DNA of 62,350 nucleotides, the filler included, from Deltaproteobacteria bacterium (GTDB lineage: Bacteria; JAUYMQ01): assembly GCA_030698575.1 (NCBI GenBank). It is 12 parts of 12 records of this genome, joined end to end, with 100 filler letters (N's around TTAATTAATTAA, not from the genome) between each part and the next. Parts side by side here need not be neighbours in the genome. Positions count along the whole stretch, not along the records: positions 57,485 to 62,350 come from JAUYMQ010000059.1; 11 more parts are not named here. One strand, 5' to 3'. Both the position numbers and the translations under genes were made by a program. Under the pieces are notes generated by a model. That model was not told the origin of the DNA. It made no database searches and was given only the letters and a program-made list of their open reading frames with translations. Positions 59,741 through 62,350 of this stretch are shown piece after piece; position 1 is the stretch's first letter, and each line of letters starts with the position of its first letter.

Positions 59741-61302
59741 GCGCGCCCGAGGGGGTGTTCACCTGCCGGGAGCTCACCCGCGACCGCCGCGAGACAGTGG
59801 ACGTGTGCGTGATCGGCTCCGGCGCGGGAGGCGCCACCGTTGCGAAAGAGCTGGCAGCCGCCGGGCGCTCGGTGCTCATCCTCGAGCGGGGCGGCTACTA
59901 CGTGCCGGTGGACGATTTCGATCAGCGCGAGGACGACATGCTCGCGAAGATCGACGGCGGCCGGGGCGCGACGACGAGCGCCGACTACACGCTGAACCTC
60001 CAGTACGGCAACTGCGTGGGGGGCGCGACGGTTCACTACTGGGCCGACACCTACCGGACCCCCGGGGATCGGCTCGACCACTGGGCCAACGCCTATGGCG
60101 TCGCGGGGCATTCACTATCCGACCTGGCGGCTTACTTCGAGACAATCGAGCGGGATCTTCATGTCGAGCCCGCCCCGCCGCATCTGCGCAACGGAAACAA
60201 CCGGCTCTTCAAGAAGGGGCTCGAGGGCGCCGGCTGGCACGGACACGCCGTTCCACAGGCGCGGAAAAGCTGTGCGTCGAGTGGATACTGCATGCAGGGG
60301 TGCACCTACAACGCGAAGCAGTCGATGCTCATCACCTATGTGCCCGCCGCGCTCTCGCACGGCGCGCGGGTCTTCGCCGACTGCGAGGCGGTTCGGGTCG
60401 TCACCGAAAACGGTCGCGCCACCGGCGTCGAGGCGCGGGTGATCGACCGTTCAACGCTCCATCCCACCGGCGTCGACATCAGTGTGCGGGCGAAGGCGGT
60501 CGTCGTGGCCGCGGGGGGCTACGGCTCCGCCGTGCTGCTCATGCAGAGCAAGGTGACGAATCGCAGCGGACAGCTGGGCAAAAACCTCTACGCGAACCCC
60601 TGCAGTTTCGTCCACGCCCTGTTCGACGAGGACGTCGTCATGTGGCGTAACATCCCCGCGGCCTGGGGCTGCCTGGAGTTCCGGCTGCCGGCGCGCGACG
60701 GCATCCGGTACGTCGAGGGGGGCTATCTGCTGATGCCCAACCAGCTGGGACCCTCGGCGATGGCCGCGCTTCTGCCCGGTTTCGGCAAGGGTCACCGGAC
60801 GCTCATGGATCAATATCACCGCATCGGCGGGACCATCGCCTGGATCGACGACGAGTGGCCGGGCGAGATCCGGCTCGACGCTGAGGGAAACCCGGAATAT
60901 CACTACACGGTGCGCAACGACGATCGCGACAAGCTCATCGATTCGATGAAGAAGGGGTGCCTCGTCATGTTCGCGGCGGGAGCGAAAAATTGCCTGCTGC
61001 CCGACGGCACGCTGGTGCGCGACGAGGGCGAGGTGTCGAAGCTCGATCAGCTTTCGCTCGCGCCGGGCCGGATGAGCTTCCCGGCGCCGCATCCGGCAGG
61101 GACGTGCCGCATGGGCGAGAATCCCGAGACTTCAGTGGTGAACAGCCACAACGAGTTCCATGCGGTGCGCAACCTGTTCGTCTGTGATCCGAGCGTATTT
61201 CCGACGGCCGTCAGCGTCGATCCGTCGGAGACGATCATCGCCTTCTCCTACGTGGCCGCTCGCTGGATGAACGACAACTGGGATCGCATCTCGGGGGCCT
61301 GA
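59737..61302 (+). CDS. GMC family oxidoreductase
   Basis: IGSGAGG, C-x4-C-x2-GC, HPAGTCRMG, LFVCDPSVFPT. Confidence 0.93.
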   Translation: MSAPEGVFTCRELTRDRRETVDVCVIGSGAGGATVAKELAAAGRSVLILERGGYYVPVDDFDQREDDMLAKIDGGRGATTSADYTLNLQYGNCVGGATVHYWADTYRTPGDRLDHWANAYGVAGHSLSDLAAYFETIERDLHVEPAPPHLRNGNNRLFKKGLEGAGWHGHAVPQARKSCASSGYCMQGCTYNAKQSMLITYVPAALSHGARVFADCEAVRVVTENGRATGVEARVIDRSTLHPTGVDISVRAKAVVVAAGGYGSAVLLMQSKVTNRSGQLGKNLYANPCSFVHALFDEDVVMWRNIPAAWGCLEFRLPARDGIRYVEGGYLLMPNQLGPSAMAALLPGFGKGHRTLMDQYHRIGGTIAWIDDEWPGEIRLDAEGNPEYHYTVRNDDRDKLIDSMKKGCLVMFAAGAKNCLLPDGTLVRDEGEVSKLDQLSLAPGRMSFPAPHPAGTCRMGENPETSVVNSHNEFHAVRNLFVCDPSVFPTAVSVDPSETIIAFSYVAARWMNDNWDRISGA

Positions 61303-61919
61303 TGGAAAATTCGTCACAAGGGATCGGCGTCGTGGAGTTCTTTTTCGATCTGGGGAGTCCCTGGAGCTACGTCGCCTCGACGCAGCTCGACGGGCTTTGC
61401 GAGCGCACGGGTGTCGAGATCCGCTGGCGCCCCTTCCTGCTGGGAGGCGTTTTCAAGGCCACCAACAACAAGTCGCCCTTCCTCGAGCCGGTCTGGAACA
61501 AGCTCAACCACCAGCGGGAGGACATGAGGGCCTGGATCGCTCACTACGGTATTCCCTTCAACTTCCCGTCGAACTTTCCGCCCAACACCCTGCTCGCGAT
61601 GCGCGGCGCCGTCATCGCCGATACTGTTGGCCGCGTCGTTCCCTATGCGCGGGCCTGCTACCGGGCCTTCTTCGTGGACGACGAGGATCTCTCCGATCCC
61701 GAGACGGTCATGAAGATTGCGGAGCGCTCCGGGCTCGACCGGGCAGATTTCGAGAAGCGTCTGGCCGCCACGGAAGTAAAGGAGGCGCTGAAACGCAACA
61801 CCGACGAGGCGGTCGAGCGCGGCGCCTTCGGCTCGCCCACGTTCTTCTGGAACGGCCGCATGTTCTTCGGCAACGACCGCCTCGCGCTCCTCGAGGCCTT
61901 TATTGGCCGCGCGAAGTGA
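61302..61919 (+). CDS. 2-hydroxychromene-2-carboxylate isomerase / DsbA family protein
   Basis: FFFDLGSPWSY, GAFGSPTF, FGNDRL. Confidence 0.92.
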   Translation: MENSSQGIGVVEFFFDLGSPWSYVASTQLDGLCERTGVEIRWRPFLLGGVFKATNNKSPFLEPVWNKLNHQREDMRAWIAHYGIPFNFPSNFPPNTLLAMRGAVIADTVGRVVPYARACYRAFFVDDEDLSDPETVMKIAERSGLDRADFEKRLAATEVKEALKRNTDEAVERGAFGSPTFFWNGRMFFGNDRLALLEAFIGRAK

Positions 61920-61959
61920 TCTTCGGGGGCCCCGCGCCCCGGCCACCAGGGAGGCCCTA

Positions 61960-62262
61960 TTGAAGCAGACGCTGATCATCCTCATCACCGCCGCGCTCTT
62001 CGCCGGCTTTCTCTACTACACGTCACAGCTGGCGGCGCGCGTCACCTGTGAATCCTGCATCGTGTACGAAGGGCGGCGCGCATGCGCCAAGGGGGCCGCG
62101 GCGACCAAAGAGGAGGCCATGCGGCAGGCCGCCACCGTGGCCTGCGCGGGGCTCACGAGCGGGATGACCGCGGTGATTGCCTGCCAGAATACCGTGCCCG
62201 AGAGCGAGAGCTGCGACGGCGCGGAGCCGGGCGCCGCTCCCGCGCCGGCAAAAAGGTACTGA
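61960..62262 (+). CDS. Small membrane-anchored Cys-containing hypothetical protein
   Basis: GGGAGG RBS, TTG start, N-terminal TM segment, six Cys. Confidence 0.6.
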   Translation: MKQTLIILITAALFAGFLYYTSQLAARVTCESCIVYEGRRACAKGAAATKEEAMRQAATVACAGLTSGMTAVIACQNTVPESESCDGAEPGAAPAPAKRY

Positions 62263-62350
62263 GGGCATGGGACCGCGCGCCTGGCCGGCCGTACTTCTGG
62301 CGCTCGTGCTGGTCATCGCCTGCGAGCCGCCCTCCGGCGCCGTCGCCGGC

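Noticed and set aside
57711-62262. HEAT, Rieske, Tat subunit, GMC and DsbA-like genes as a new pathway
   Set aside because: Common families in divergent groups, with nothing in the sequence linking them functionally

Overview
This window is not one locus. It is 12 unrelated GC-rich bacterial (probably metagenomic) contigs joined by artificial N44-TTAATTAATTAA-N44 spacers, so gene neighbourhoods are only meaningful within a contig. Most contigs carry ordinary genes. Contig 2 (4616-22769) is a defence/TA island: RHH-nucleotidyltransferase pair, Panacea pair, TM0106 nuclease-helicase, an MqsR-MqsA-SecB toxin-antitoxin-chaperone (TAC) module extended by PIN-like and GGCT-like genes, and a divergent BREX operon. 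It also holds an unexplained degenerate array with an exact 21-nt period (8872-9270) upstream of an all-helical protein gene, and a 42-nt palindromic repeat inserted in frame in the TM0106 gene. Contig 9 (43436-47765) is an integron-type cassette array in which an IS110-family (IS1111-like) element has split an attC site. Its 3' non-coding region appears to hold three bridge-RNA-like guide loops, two attC-like and one donor-like. Contig 3 ends in a tRNA-Arg(CCT) gene interrupted just after the anticodon. All family calls come from reading motifs by eye; no searches or folding programs were run.
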